From positions 68,253 to 99,325 of the IMG/VR virus record IMGVR_UViG_3300026518_000007: a stretch of DNA of 31,073 nt. The stretch is one strand, 5' to 3'. This DNA is from a virus. Each line of letters opens with the position of its first letter. Position 1 is the first letter of the stretch. The notes under the pieces were generated by a model. That model was given only the letters and a program-made list of their open reading frames with translations. It was not told the origin of the DNA and did no database searches. Shown piece by piece: positions 1-10,226 of the stretch. Both the position numbers and the translations under genes were made by a program.

Positions 1-356
1 GGTATAAATGGGTTAAACATATCTACTATGGGGCACTCTAGTTTATCTTGGTTATATAACGGATGGTTTAAACCCCATTGTAATCTAGGGTCTAATGTAG
101 TTCTTATTATTCTATTAGCACTTAATTCATTCTTATCGAATAAACCATACATTTGTCTAATGTTTCTTATATTAACATCTGTTAGATTAAGTTGTGGTTT
201 TACAAAGAATGTATAACCTTGTTTATCTTTATTAGATTGTAGAACTGGTAGTATCCCACTATGGTTAAAACCATATATAGAATTACTTACTGCTTTATCT
301 AAAGGAGCCATCTCTGATGACTCTAATGTTTCGTTTATATTAACTCTATTACTCAT
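1..356 (-). CDS. phiKZ gp88-like virion structural protein (5' part; runs off the window edge)
   Basis: Not in the ORF track. Manual translation from ATG at 356 (AAGGA SD upstream) is open to position 1: MSNRVNINETLESSEMAPLDKAVSNSIYGFNHSGILPVLQSNKDKQGYTFFVKPQLNL...RTTLDPRL...CPIVDMFNPFI. The YGxNH, GxTFFxxPQLNL and LDPRL motifs match my recollection of the gp88 family; divergent from the gp89-like gene. Confidence 0.75.
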   Translation of the reverse strand, partial: MSNRVNINETLESSEMAPLDKAVSNSIYGFNHSGILPVLQSNKDKQGYTFFVKPQLNLTDVNIRNIRQMYGLFDKNELSANRIIRTTLDPRLQWGLNHPLYNQDKLECPIVDMFNPFI

Positions 357-479
357 TAAAAAATCCTTCTTTAACCTATATTTCAAAACAATTTTAAGTT
401 TAATCTTTTTAACATATTTGACATAGTTAAACAAACCTATAATATTAAGCTGAATAATCAAAGATTATAAGGAGAAATT

Positions 480-1619
480 ATGACAGGTGATATGCTTACA
501 AAAGGTATACTTACTATAGGTAATATAATTAAAAATGTAGCTAATGATGATAAAGAGGCATTAGCATTAGAACCAGATGTTGAGAGTAGTGGTAAGATAA
601 CTAGACTTATGTCTAAGTTTATAATTACTCCTAATGTAGTAGTAGATGAAAATCTTAAATATATGGATGACAAATATTTTAAAGATTTAGTTAAAACAGA
701 ACTAGTCACATTCACAGGTATTGTAACACAAGCGTTTAGTGTCATGGCTGAAATTTATGGTGTATCACCAAAAGCTATAGTTAATAAGATGGGTAGAGGT
801 AGTAAAAGTTATATAGGAGATATTAGACGAGTTATAGAATTAGCGGATGGTATGGAACATTTTGATTACTATTCTGATTTAATGGATACTAAAGGTTTAT
901 TACCAGCTAGTGAATCTATCGTAGATGAGAAGATTAAGAACATGTCACATAACAGTAAGATGACTAATAATAACTATATCCAAAAAGACGTAGCTGCTTT
1001 CATTAACGTATATGAGTTACAGTTACAGTTTAATGATATTAATGGCGAATCTAAAGCTGTTACTATACCTATTATTATTTATCCTAATATAACATATACT
1101 AACGCTAATACATTAATAGCTAATATGTTAGACAGTGATGATGATAAACGTTTCTTAACGAGAGTAGATGAATATAGAAGTGGTGCTATTTCTTTATCAG
1201 ATTTAATATTCGCTACTGATTTAGTTAAAAAATATAAACATAGAAAAATTAAGAATGAGAATGATATAGCTTCTTATCTAAATGCTAAAGATAAAACAAC
1301 AGCTATCTCTGATTTACTACATAACAAAAATAGCTTCTCTAAAAACTATAATATTTATATTTTCGATATGAATAAAAAAGCTACTATTGAAAAACAGATA
1401 AAAGGTAGCATTTATAAAGAGAAATATAAAGATAAATTAACAACAGCGTTATTCGCATTCTCTGTATCTTTTGTAGATACTGAAAAAGAAGAAGTAATTA
1501 TAGCAATAGATGATATTCCAGGTTTCTCAGTATTAAGTTTTAATATGCTTAAAAAAGAGAAAGATAATGATATTAAAGATGTTATGAAAGAAATGATGAA
1601 TAACAGACAACCATTTTAA
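480..1619 (+). CDS. phiKZ gp89-like inner head protein
   Basis: 379 aa, AAGGAG SD. Motif RVDEYRSGAISLSDLIFATDLV resembles the gp89 family; candidate protease sites GME and ASE; sits between gp88-like and gp90-like genes. Confidence 0.7.
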   Translation: MTGDMLTKGILTIGNIIKNVANDDKEALALEPDVESSGKITRLMSKFIITPNVVVDENLKYMDDKYFKDLVKTELVTFTGIVTQAFSVMAEIYGVSPKAIVNKMGRGSKSYIGDIRRVIELADGMEHFDYYSDLMDTKGLLPASESIVDEKIKNMSHNSKMTNNNYIQKDVAAFINVYELQLQFNDINGESKAVTIPIIIYPNITYTNANTLIANMLDSDDDKRFLTRVDEYRSGAISLSDLIFATDLVKKYKHRKIKNENDIASYLNAKDKTTAISDLLHNKNSFSKNYNIYIFDMNKKATIEKQIKGSIYKEKYKDKLTTALFAFSVSFVDTEKEEVIIAIDDIPGFSVLSFNMLKKEKDNDIKDVMKEMMNNRQPF

Positions 1620-1641
1620 AATAATGTAAGGATACGTAAAA

Positions 1642-2580
1642 ATGAAAAATAAACACCAACTACAGACTCTTATTATGGATAAGAGTGAATTCTTAGAAAT
1701 GGTAGATGCCATTGATAAAAATATTAATGCTACAGTTTTACCTAGTATTAATGAGCTTATTAAAACAACATCTGATTCAGACGTTTTAGTAAGCACGATA
1801 GCGTTTAGTTCTTTAAAAGAGAAAAAAGATTCAAGTTTCTTTAAACGTCTTTATAATGTCATTAGTAAATATAGAGATACACTACCGTCTTTAAAAAGTA
1901 AGATAGAGGAGTATATGCCTGACACTATTACTACTACTAGTAATGATGTTAATGTTAGATTAGTGCTATCGTTAGTTAGCGAAGGCGTTTTCTTTTCAGA
2001 GACTACTCCGGTTATGCTAAGTTATCTTATAAGTAAGTACTATACTAAATCATCGACTGAGTTAGACCCATCTACAGTTAGACAAATGGGACAACGTTTA
2101 AGTATAACAGTTAAGATTATTCCTGAATTAGAGAAAGCTGATTTAAAACCTATTATAGAAGCTATAGGTAATGTTCCGACTATTAAATCTCTTAAATTCG
2201 AATCTACTTCCACTATACCTTCTGAAGTAGTTTTAGGTTTCTTTAAAGATACTTTTAGTATTAAAAACTTTTATACTCTAACTACTATAAAACGTTTGTT
2301 AGGTTATTTTAATATTAAAGATTATAAAAATAAACAAGATATAGCTAAAGGTTTTATAGGTAATCCTATCATGCACCTTAGATTACTATTCGTAGACTTA
2401 ACAGCTCTTAGATTAGAAGCTATGAAAGATAAGCGTAAGTTACTAGAACTTCGTCTTTTAGAACTACGCTCTTTTAATAATGATGGTAGTACTAATCCTA
2501 AACTTAGTAAACAGATAGCATTCTACGAAGATAAATTAAATAAGTTAGATATGAAGATAGATAAATTATCAAGAATTTAA
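1642..2580 (+). CDS. phiKZ gp90-like inner head protein
   Basis: 312 aa, AAGGA SD. C-terminal GFIGNPIMHLRL...KRKLLELRLLEL...LSKQIAFYEDKL coiled coil matches my recollection of the gp90 family. Confidence 0.72.
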   Translation: MKNKHQLQTLIMDKSEFLEMVDAIDKNINATVLPSINELIKTTSDSDVLVSTIAFSSLKEKKDSSFFKRLYNVISKYRDTLPSLKSKIEEYMPDTITTTSNDVNVRLVLSLVSEGVFFSETTPVMLSYLISKYYTKSSTELDPSTVRQMGQRLSITVKIIPELEKADLKPIIEAIGNVPTIKSLKFESTSTIPSEVVLGFFKDTFSIKNFYTLTTIKRLLGYFNIKDYKNKQDIAKGFIGNPIMHLRLLFVDLTALRLEAMKDKRKLLELRLLELRSFNNDGSTNPKLSKQIAFYEDKLNKLDMKIDKLSRI

Positions 2581-2593
2581 GTAAGGATATATT

Positions 2594-4369
2594 ATGCAAA
2601 TTCTAAATACTAAAGAGGCTGATGAGTTTAAAATAGCTCTAGAGTCTCTTTATGAGAATATCCCTAATAAGGATACTGATAATTATGAAACAGATTATAG
2701 TTCATATACTCCTGAGGAGTTAGCGTCATCTATAGAGGACGAATCACTCTCTATGAGGAATACAGAGATGGAGATTAAAAGATGTTCTATAGCCTTAGAT
2801 AATATTAATAGTACTTATGAGTATATACTTAATGCTACTAATAATAACCAGCCTATAGTTGTAGATTATATAAATACATCTATTAAACACAACGCTGTAC
2901 TTATAGGAGCTGAGGATTATGAATCTCTTTATGCAAATGTTACCGATGGTACTGAATCTATTATGGGTAGTATACTTAAGTTTATTAAAAAGATTTTCGA
3001 AGTAATATTTTCACTTATAGGTAAAGTTATATCATTCGTAGCTTCGCTTATTAGTAAGGTAGTTGGTTTCTTTTTCTCATCTACTAAATCAAGTAGCGGA
3101 GGAGGCTCAGTCTCTTCTAGATTAGAAACTGCTATAGATAATGTAAAAGCTGATATTAAAAAAGACTATGCAGATGGCGATACGGCCGGTATGAGTTTTA
3201 TAGAAAACAATGAAGCCAGAATTAAAACGCATGAAGAACGTATATTAGACTCTCTTAAAAGTTTAGACAGCTTTTTTATTAATAGTAGAATCTTAGAGAC
3301 TGATGTTTTAGATTTTAAATTAGTTAGAGAATATATAGAAGATATGCTAACGTCATTATCGGATATGTATACTGCGTTAAGTGTAGGTGAATTAGGTAAA
3401 ACTATTAATCATTATACGGATATACAGTTTACTGGAACAAGAGGCGCTTCATCTCCTAGAACTTTATCTCATCTTGTTAATCTACTTATTAAGAAAGCAC
3501 GATATTTAGCAGAGGGTACTAAGTCTGGTAATATTAGAGCACAGGGTATACAAAATTATATAACTGAGTCTGAAGAGGGAGAATTTGTTTTAGCCACTAA
3601 GTTCTTATTAGAGAATATGGATTCTATATATAATCTAATACAATCATCTGTTCCTAATGCTGGGAATATTATGGATGAGAAAATAGAATTAGTTAAGAAA
3701 CAATATCCTAATGCATTCGTTATGGGATATTCCGTAACCGATTTATATTTTATAAATACATTCGATAGAGATTATGTTAATAAAATGTATGATGAACTTA
3801 ATAAAGTCATAGACGCCATAGACGACCCTGATACTGAACATGATTTAGATACTATGGTAGATACATTAGTACAATTCGTATATAGTATGGTTAAAATGGG
3901 CGATATCCGTATAAGTAAAATAGCTATAAATGAGTTAGTAACAGGTGCTGAAAAAGATGCTTATATTAAAAATATTACTGCTATAGGTAGTAGTGATTAT
4001 GAGCAAGAGTTAATTGAGTTCGGTAAGATATATTTATTATGGGACGATTTTGAAAAAAGAGTTACTAATAATCTTAACCCTTTTAAGAAGCAATTAAAGA
4101 AAAATAATGACTTATTAAAAACTATGAAAAAAGAATTAGATAAGGATTATAATGAGATAGTTAATTTAACTAAAAAAAATGAGCATATTGGTAGCATAGT
4201 AACGACACTAAGTAAAGTGTTACAACAGGTAGTTGAAAATACTACTAACAATTATAAACTTACTTCGGAGATTTTCACTAGAACACTCTTAGAAGTAACC
4301 CGTTCTAAAACGGAATCACTTGTTATTAGTATGTCTGAAATATTGACAGCTAGAAACATAGTAGATTAA
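2594..4369 (+). CDS. phiKZ gp93-family internal head (ejection) protein, paralog 1
   Basis: 591 aa. Acidic propeptide with ALE, SIE, GAE, GTE sites, followed by the amphipathic helix SIMGSILKFIKKIFEVIFSLIGKVISFV and a Ser/Gly linker, as in PhiKZ internal head proteins. Confidence 0.72.
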   Translation: MQILNTKEADEFKIALESLYENIPNKDTDNYETDYSSYTPEELASSIEDESLSMRNTEMEIKRCSIALDNINSTYEYILNATNNNQPIVVDYINTSIKHNAVLIGAEDYESLYANVTDGTESIMGSILKFIKKIFEVIFSLIGKVISFVASLISKVVGFFFSSTKSSSGGGSVSSRLETAIDNVKADIKKDYADGDTAGMSFIENNEARIKTHEERILDSLKSLDSFFINSRILETDVLDFKLVREYIEDMLTSLSDMYTALSVGELGKTINHYTDIQFTGTRGASSPRTLSHLVNLLIKKARYLAEGTKSGNIRAQGIQNYITESEEGEFVLATKFLLENMDSIYNLIQSSVPNAGNIMDEKIELVKKQYPNAFVMGYSVTDLYFINTFDRDYVNKMYDELNKVIDAIDDPDTEHDLDTMVDTLVQFVYSMVKMGDIRISKIAINELVTGAEKDAYIKNITAIGSSDYEQELIEFGKIYLLWDDFEKRVTNNLNPFKKQLKKNNDLLKTMKKELDKDYNEIVNLTKKNEHIGSIVTTLSKVLQQVVENTTNNYKLTSEIFTRTLLEVTRSKTESLVISMSEILTARNIVD

Positions 4370-4405
4370 AAAAACAAATAAATAAAAAATATTAAGGATT
4401 CGATT

Positions 4406-5896
4406 ATGAAAATTAGTCTTGGTTTAGAAAGCGCTACTAGAACAGTAGCTGATAAAGATTTTGATGCACTTGGTGCTTATGCTGACATTGTAGCTGCACA
4501 AGAGGCACTTACTACTAACGATATGCAAATCCAACTTCTTACTACAGGTACTGAAAATTTAGAGTCTGGTATCGCACTTGCTGATGCAATCGCTGCTAAA
4601 ACTGGTGATGCTGCTACTGCTGTTGTTGTCGGTAAAGAAGCACTTACATCAAGTCTTCGTGTTATCGGTCAAGCTGATTTAGCTGATACTATCATTACTG
4701 CTGGTACTGAAGATATTACTGCTGCTACTGAAAGCATGGGTGACGTACTTAAGAAAATGGTAGAGAAAGGTAAAGAACTTGCTAAAAAAGTATGGGAGTT
4801 CATTCGTAACCTTATCGCTAAAGTAGTTAAATTTGTTAAAGGTATTTTCGGTAAAGGTGATGATACTGCTGAGCAACTTGTAGCTCTTCTTAAAAAAGCT
4901 AAAACAGATGGTAAAACAAAACTAGATGTAGATGAATTTGATGAAGCTACACGTATGCGTCTTGCTAAAAATGTTAAAGCTCTTATTTATACAGTTAAAG
5001 GTGATATCGATGGTGATGCACTTAACGTAGCTGCAATGAAACTTGAGTCTATCCTTGATGGTGCTAAAGCTTCTGCTAATAAAGATGCTGCTGTTGCTGA
5101 AATTCTTAAAGGTAAAGATGTTCCTACGTTCGAATCTGAACTTAAAGGTCTTGCTAGTGCTGCTAAAGGCGTTGACCCTAAAACTGAAGATGGTCTTGCG
5201 GTACTTAAAGATTGGTCTGCTAAACTTCTTAAACTAAGTGTAGGTGAAGTTGAGGCTAACGGTAGTTCATCTGTACAAGATATTATCAAAGATGACCTTG
5301 GTGGACTTACTGACCAAGTTGAAGATGCAATCGGTGAAGATTACGCTAAAGTACTTGTAACTGTTACAGGTTCTGACTATAACAAATTTGTAGTTACTGT
5401 TACATACGTTACTGAAGAAGCAGTAGAAGCTGCTAAAGCTATCGGAGATTCTAAAGATTTCGCTGAGCTTAAATCTAACGTTAGAAAAGCATACGCTGGT
5501 CTTAAAGTTAAAACTGTTACTGTTGCTCCAGACGAATCTGAGCTTAAAGATTTATCTGATAAAATCAAACCTGTTGATTTTAATGCTGCTGATAAAGTTG
5601 CAAAAACACTTAAATCAGTTGCTAAAAAAGCTGATGACACTGCTAAGAAAATGGAGAAATCTATTGAGAAAGCAGAAAAAGAAATCCAAAAAACACTTGA
5701 TGCTGTAGCTAAAGAAAGCTATACAACTCCAGATGTTGGCGGATTCTGTATTCAAGTTGTTGAAAAACATACTGGCCATATTACTGACGTTACTAAATCT
5801 GTAACTGCTGGTGCTGCTGTTACTCTAACTTCTGCAGTTAGACCAAAAATTGGTGACCAGATTAAAGAGTCTGTTCGTCTTTACGTTAAAAAATAA
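4406..5896 (+). CDS. phiKZ gp93-family internal head protein, paralog 2 (probably high copy)
   Basis: 496 aa. GLE, GTE, ATE sites, then MGDVLKKMVEKGKELAKKVWEFIRNLIAKVVKFVKGIF. Strong codon bias (GCT, CTT, ACT, GGT, AAA) and a strong downstream terminator. Confidence 0.78.
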   Translation: MKISLGLESATRTVADKDFDALGAYADIVAAQEALTTNDMQIQLLTTGTENLESGIALADAIAAKTGDAATAVVVGKEALTSSLRVIGQADLADTIITAGTEDITAATESMGDVLKKMVEKGKELAKKVWEFIRNLIAKVVKFVKGIFGKGDDTAEQLVALLKKAKTDGKTKLDVDEFDEATRMRLAKNVKALIYTVKGDIDGDALNVAAMKLESILDGAKASANKDAAVAEILKGKDVPTFESELKGLASAAKGVDPKTEDGLAVLKDWSAKLLKLSVGEVEANGSSSVQDIIKDDLGGLTDQVEDAIGEDYAKVLVTVTGSDYNKFVVTVTYVTEEAVEAAKAIGDSKDFAELKSNVRKAYAGLKVKTVTVAPDESELKDLSDKIKPVDFNAADKVAKTLKSVAKKADDTAKKMEKSIEKAEKEIQKTLDAVAKESYTTPDVGGFCIQVVEKHTGHITDVTKSVTAGAAVTLTSAVRPKIGDQIKESVRLYVKK

Positions 5897-5908
5897 TTTA
5901 ACATTTAC

Positions 5909-5951
5909 ATAACATACGTGATTAAGTTCACGTATGTTATATTTATTTTTT
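5909..5951 (+). terminator. Rho-independent terminator
   Basis: 13-bp perfect stem ATAACATACGTGA-ttaagt-TCACGTATGTTAT followed by ATTTATTTTTT. Confidence 0.85.
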
Positions 5952-5972
5952 CATTTCCATTTAATTTCATCG

Positions 5973-5987
5973 ATATATTATTAATGT
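5973..5987 (+). promoter_or_regulatory. Putative early (virion RNAP) promoter
   Basis: ATATATTATTAATGT, a variant of the motif also at 14069, 17765 and 21855; core resembles the phiKZ early consensus TATATTAC. Confidence 0.6.
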
Positions 5988-6037
5988 AGTTAGATAGTAA
6001 TATCTAAGATTTATAATAACATAATAAGGAGTCTATC

Positions 6038-6172
6038 ATGGCTATTAATCAAGGTCCTAAAATGGAGAATTTAAATATAGATGGTGCAACTACACATGAA
6101 GAGTTGCCGATGGTAAGTGTATCAACTTTAGAAGAAATTCTAACTAAAGTAAAACTTCCGTTAGAGTTATAG
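6038..6172 (+). CDS. 44-aa acidic microprotein, unknown function
   Basis: Not in the ORF track. AAGGAG SD; MAINQGPKMENLNIDGATTHEELPMVSVSTLEEILTKVKLPLEL*; flanked by a promoter motif and a terminator. Confidence 0.7.
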   Translation: MAINQGPKMENLNIDGATTHEELPMVSVSTLEEILTKVKLPLEL

Positions 6173-6201
6173 TAAGAGTTCATTCTCTTACTTTTTTTTT
6201 T
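6171..6201 (+). terminator. Rho-independent terminator
   Basis: AGTAAGAG-ttcatt-CTCTTACT followed by a run of about 9 T. Confidence 0.85.
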
Positions 6202-6247
6202 CCTTAAAAAAGTCTATTTTTTTGAATTAATATATTAAAGGAAACAT

Positions 6248-6862
6248 ATGTTTAAAATAAAAATAAATAATTTAGATTTAGAAAATAAAACTAAATCTAG
6301 AAATGCATTAGATAGTAAGGCGATACTTAATAGAATAAGCGCCGGTAATAATGATATGCGTCCTTCTGAAGAGTTGGATATTATATCAGATGCTCTTAGA
6401 GGTTTTAATGATATTCCTAATTACGCAGTAGCCCGTAATGTACCTGTTAAAGAAACAGCTGAAGTCATTATTAAAAAGAGTGTAGCTGAACTAACAGTAG
6501 AAGATTTATTATTAATGGTTAAAGATGTGGATAGTGCGTGGCGATGGGATATTTTCTATGTTAATGTATTAAAAACTATAGTAACTATGTTGCAGAATGA
6601 TATAGATGATATACAGACACCTAATTCTTATAAACAGTTATTTATGAGTTATATAGTTTCTATGCGTGATAGTAGTCCGTATTATGACGATACTGACTCT
6701 ATGCTAAAACCTACTATTACATTACTACTTGATGTTGATAAAGATGTATTAAAAATTAAGTTAGTAGATTTAATAGTATTACTTTATACATATTTAGGCT
6801 ATAGTAGTACTCTAATAGTTTTATTAGCATTTAAATCAATCTTAGAGGATGCTGAGTATTAA
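6248..6862 (+). CDS. Hypothetical protein in the virion gene block
   Basis: 204 aa, AAGGA SD, hydrophobic helical C-terminus; no recognised family. Confidence 0.6.
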   Translation: MFKIKINNLDLENKTKSRNALDSKAILNRISAGNNDMRPSEELDIISDALRGFNDIPNYAVARNVPVKETAEVIIKKSVAELTVEDLLLMVKDVDSAWRWDIFYVNVLKTIVTMLQNDIDDIQTPNSYKQLFMSYIVSMRDSSPYYDDTDSMLKPTITLLLDVDKDVLKIKLVDLIVLLYTYLGYSSTLIVLLAFKSILEDAEY

Positions 6863-6885
6863 CTCAGTGTCTAAAAGGTTTTTTT

Positions 6886-8274
6886 ATGATTACTAAAATA
6901 GCTATGTTAAACGGTGTAGAACATACCGTATTAACTCCTATGATAAATAAAGTAACAGAAGATATTAATAAGAAAATTATTAAAGACGATAATGTTTTTA
7001 TTAATAATATAACACAATATGATAATGATGAATCAGAGATGACAAATAATCTATATAAGCCAGAGTTAGGTAAGAGTATGTTAGAGGTTAGTTATGACAT
7101 AGAAGATAACGAAGAGTTAACTTTAACAACATCTACTTATAAACCTATTAATAAAATTATATTATTAGATAAGGATAACGGTACTTCATTAAGACCTAGA
7201 TATATTAGTTCTGATATTACTATAAAATTTAAATACTATGATAAATCTAAGATAGCTATTAAGAATATAAAATCTAGATTAAGAACATATTATTTAAATA
7301 GCGGTTATACAATCATACACGACTTACCGTATAGTTTTCTATATCCTCCATCTATAATTAGTCTATTAAGTAATATAGCTGAACTTAAAGGTATGAATGT
7401 ATTTAACTATATAGAAACTAATGCTACATATGCTATAGACTATGCTATTAAAAGAGGTAGCGAGTATAAAGTTCCTTCTTTTAGAGGAATAGAATCAGGT
7501 ATTATGGGTTCTATAAGTACAGAGCCTAAAGATGTAGCTATTAGTAAAGATGATAAAACCTATTATACTTTAGAATTTGAATATATAATTAATGTACAGA
7601 GACCTATGGCATTAGCTATACAGTATCCTATATTAGTTAATAATAAAAAGTTAGATGATATTTGGTTACCTAAAGAAGAAGTAGTTATTACTAGAGAACC
7701 TTCTAATAATAAATTTGATATACGTAATATCATAGGTAAGTTCTATAGAGAAGGTAAGAATACTACTGACGTATTATATAGGGTTCCTACTTATGATAAC
7801 TTTGTACCAGGCTTTACTAGATTTGATGAAGATATGATAAAGCTTATTAGTTTACTCATAGAGGTTAATCCTAGTGATGATAAACTTCTTTTTAATATAG
7901 ATGATTTAAGATTCGTAGGTTTACCTGATTTTATTTTAGAGTATATGAAACTTAATAGAGGCGATACATTATTTAGATTAGGATATTCTTTATTTTACAT
8001 TAATCTATATGAAGGCAACTATATAAGGGAAAAGAAGTTATACTTAACTGATACTAATGATATTAAAACATTAGAGAGTTTAGATAGTTCTAAAACTTAT
8101 CATCTGCTTATACATGTAGTTACTGATTTAGGTTTATTAAAATTTAGTAATAATTCAGATAACCCTGAGTTATTAGCTGCTAAAGATATGTGTGATAAAA
8201 TGAATATAAAATATACTATAAATAATAAAGCTATAGTGTCATTACCAGATAACGCTTTAGTAGATGAAAAATAA
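6886..8274 (+). CDS. Virion structural protein, phiKZ gp98-like by synteny (possible neck/tail-terminator, T4 gp15-like)
   Basis: 462 aa. Position between the gp93 family and gp99-101-like genes; RPRYISSDITIKFKYYDKSK loosely recalls the gp15 strand-helix pattern (inference). Confidence 0.5.
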   Translation: MITKIAMLNGVEHTVLTPMINKVTEDINKKIIKDDNVFINNITQYDNDESEMTNNLYKPELGKSMLEVSYDIEDNEELTLTTSTYKPINKIILLDKDNGTSLRPRYISSDITIKFKYYDKSKIAIKNIKSRLRTYYLNSGYTIIHDLPYSFLYPPSIISLLSNIAELKGMNVFNYIETNATYAIDYAIKRGSEYKVPSFRGIESGIMGSISTEPKDVAISKDDKTYYTLEFEYIINVQRPMALAIQYPILVNNKKLDDIWLPKEEVVITREPSNNKFDIRNIIGKFYREGKNTTDVLYRVPTYDNFVPGFTRFDEDMIKLISLLIEVNPSDDKLLFNIDDLRFVGLPDFILEYMKLNRGDTLFRLGYSLFYINLYEGNYIREKKLYLTDTNDIKTLESLDSSKTYHLLIHVVTDLGLLKFSNNSDNPELLAAKDMCDKMNIKYTINNKAIVSLPDNALVDEK

Positions 8275-8288
8275 TATAAGGAGTACTG

Positions 8289-9542
8289 ATGGCTATTTTT
8301 GGTCTTAATGATGAAATTGCAGAAACAGTAATAGCTAAAGAGGATAAATCTTTAGTACCGGCTTATGAAAGTGAGCGTATAGATGAACGTTTAGTATCTA
8401 CTATATCTGGTTATAGTTGGATAGTAACATATTTCCATAGGAACGTTATAGATATAAATCTAGTAACACAGTTCGACCCTAATCTAGACCCTACTATACA
8501 AGATTATATTAGGATAGATGATTTAGAAATAAAGGTAGACACGCCTATAAGTTCAGGAACTAATGAATTAGAAGGTAGTGGTGTTATAGATATTGATTTT
8601 GTTCCTAATCCTAATGATTTATTTATAACCAAATTACCAGATGGTAGAAGCATAGCTTATGTAATAAGAACAGTAGAGAGATTTAACTATAATAAAGATA
8701 ATCTTTTTAATATAACATATTCTGTTTATAAAGAGATAACTGATATTAAAGATGAGTTTATGACTAGTCTTATTAAATCTACTACTGAAGAGTTGATATA
8801 TAATAAAGACTATAGGATAAATAATACTAAACCTTTATTTACTAAAAAAGAGGTAAAGGATAGAGAAGATTTATATAATAAGATTAATATTCTATTAACA
8901 GATTGGACTAATGAGTTTATTAAACCTGAAACTAAATTCTATATGGGGTATAGGGATAAGGATAACCAACTTATATTCGACCCGCATATGGAAGATTTCA
9001 TACGTGATACTATAGGACTTAATAATATACCTAATAAAATTGAAGTAGCAGGAGTTGATACTAATGCTATAAATTTATTAACATGTTTAGTAGATAATAA
9101 TATGCCTAAGAATAGGATACTTAAATATGTAACTTATGTTAAAAGTAGTAAATTTGGTACTAACCCATACCTATTCTCGTTATATTATACGGGTATAAAT
9201 ATGATAACTACTGTAACCCAAATAGAAGACGATACTAAACAATCTATAGATGATGTAATAAGTGATATATATCCTAAGATAGATAATGTTAATTATATAT
9301 TTAGAAATAGAGTATATGATTTTATTTATAATTTACAAACAGATGATGAGTTTAATACGTTAACGGAGTTTGAGAAATTATTTATATCTACTATTAATGG
9401 TAGTACTATAAGTAAAGAAGATATTGATAATGTATATGAAGATATATTTAACTTACCTACAGTAGAGAAATTCTACTTCGAGCCTATTTTAATATATATT
9501 ATAAAATATTATATAACAACATTCACAGTCGCATTCATATAG
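8289..9542 (+). CDS. Virion structural protein, phiKZ gp99-like (possible head-completion/neck, T4 gp14-like)
   Basis: 417 aa, AAGGAG SD. ISGYSWIVTYF...QDYIRIDDLEIKVDTP and FVPNPNDLFITKLPDGRSIAYVIRTVER resemble conserved phiKZ-like virion proteins and the PxxGD beta-barrel of neck proteins. Confidence 0.55.
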   Translation: MAIFGLNDEIAETVIAKEDKSLVPAYESERIDERLVSTISGYSWIVTYFHRNVIDINLVTQFDPNLDPTIQDYIRIDDLEIKVDTPISSGTNELEGSGVIDIDFVPNPNDLFITKLPDGRSIAYVIRTVERFNYNKDNLFNITYSVYKEITDIKDEFMTSLIKSTTEELIYNKDYRINNTKPLFTKKEVKDREDLYNKINILLTDWTNEFIKPETKFYMGYRDKDNQLIFDPHMEDFIRDTIGLNNIPNKIEVAGVDTNAINLLTCLVDNNMPKNRILKYVTYVKSSKFGTNPYLFSLYYTGINMITTVTQIEDDTKQSIDDVISDIYPKIDNVNYIFRNRVYDFIYNLQTDDEFNTLTEFEKLFISTINGSTISKEDIDNVYEDIFNLPTVEKFYFEPILIYIIKYYITTFTVAFI

Positions 9543-9560
9543 AGATTAGATTCTCTATAT
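9537..9560 (+). terminator. Stem-loop overlapping the stop codon (possible terminator or processing site)
   Basis: ATATAGAGA-ttagat-TCTCTATAT, 9-bp stem, weak U-tract. Confidence 0.5.
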
Positions 9561-9612
9561 GGATTTTGTATTTCATTCATTTTTAATGATTAAACTATTA
9601 ATAGGAGATTTT

Positions 9613-10212
9613 ATGTATAAAGAGATGTTACCTAGCTTCCATGCTAATACTTATAAGAGTATATTATCAGATATAAATAAAAAAAGAGTTATGGTTTCAG
9701 TACCTATGTTAGCTATCACTGGTGAAAAAGAGATAGGTGGTGTAGAGGAATGTACAGAGTTTATAAATGGTGCTCCTGTTATAAATAGAAGAACTATGAA
9801 AACTACGCATTACGATACTGCTCCTGTATCATATATTAATGGAGAACCTGTTAAAACATCTGTTAACAATAGAACAACTGTTATGCTTCCGTTAACGGCC
9901 ATTATAGACATTTATCATAATGGGTTCAGTATTTACCTAGTTAGAAGAGAAGACACGCTTAAGCTAGCTGAAATGCTCTCTGAGCTACTAGATAGATTAG
10001 AAGTTAGTCCAGATAAGAATAAACAGGATATTTTTAACTATATTAATGATTTTTATATTAATGTACTTAAAGGTAAGAATAAAACATTAGATAAGTTAAT
10101 TAATAAAGAAGATAGTTCTTTACAAGAAGTAGTAGGTTTTACAGAAGACTTACTAAGCACTAAGGTAACTAAAGCTGATTTTATTAACCTTAAAGATATC
10201 TCTATAAATTAA
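9613..10212 (+). CDS. Conserved phiKZ gp100-like protein
   Basis: Start moved from 9559 to ATG 9613 (AGGAG SD at 9603); 199 aa. LTAIIDIYHNGFSIYLVRREDT motif and synteny before the gp101-like gene. Confidence 0.55.
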   Translation: MYKEMLPSFHANTYKSILSDINKKRVMVSVPMLAITGEKEIGGVEECTEFINGAPVINRRTMKTTHYDTAPVSYINGEPVKTSVNNRTTVMLPLTAIIDIYHNGFSIYLVRREDTLKLAEMLSELLDRLEVSPDKNKQDIFNYINDFYINVLKGKNKTLDKLINKEDSSLQEVVGFTEDLLSTKVTKADFINLKDISIN

Positions 10213-10226
10213 AAGGATTTTAAAAC

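Noticed and set aside
28-216. 62-aa + strand ORF
   Set aside because: Shadow of the minus-strand gp88-like gene (356 to <1), which has an SD and family motifs.
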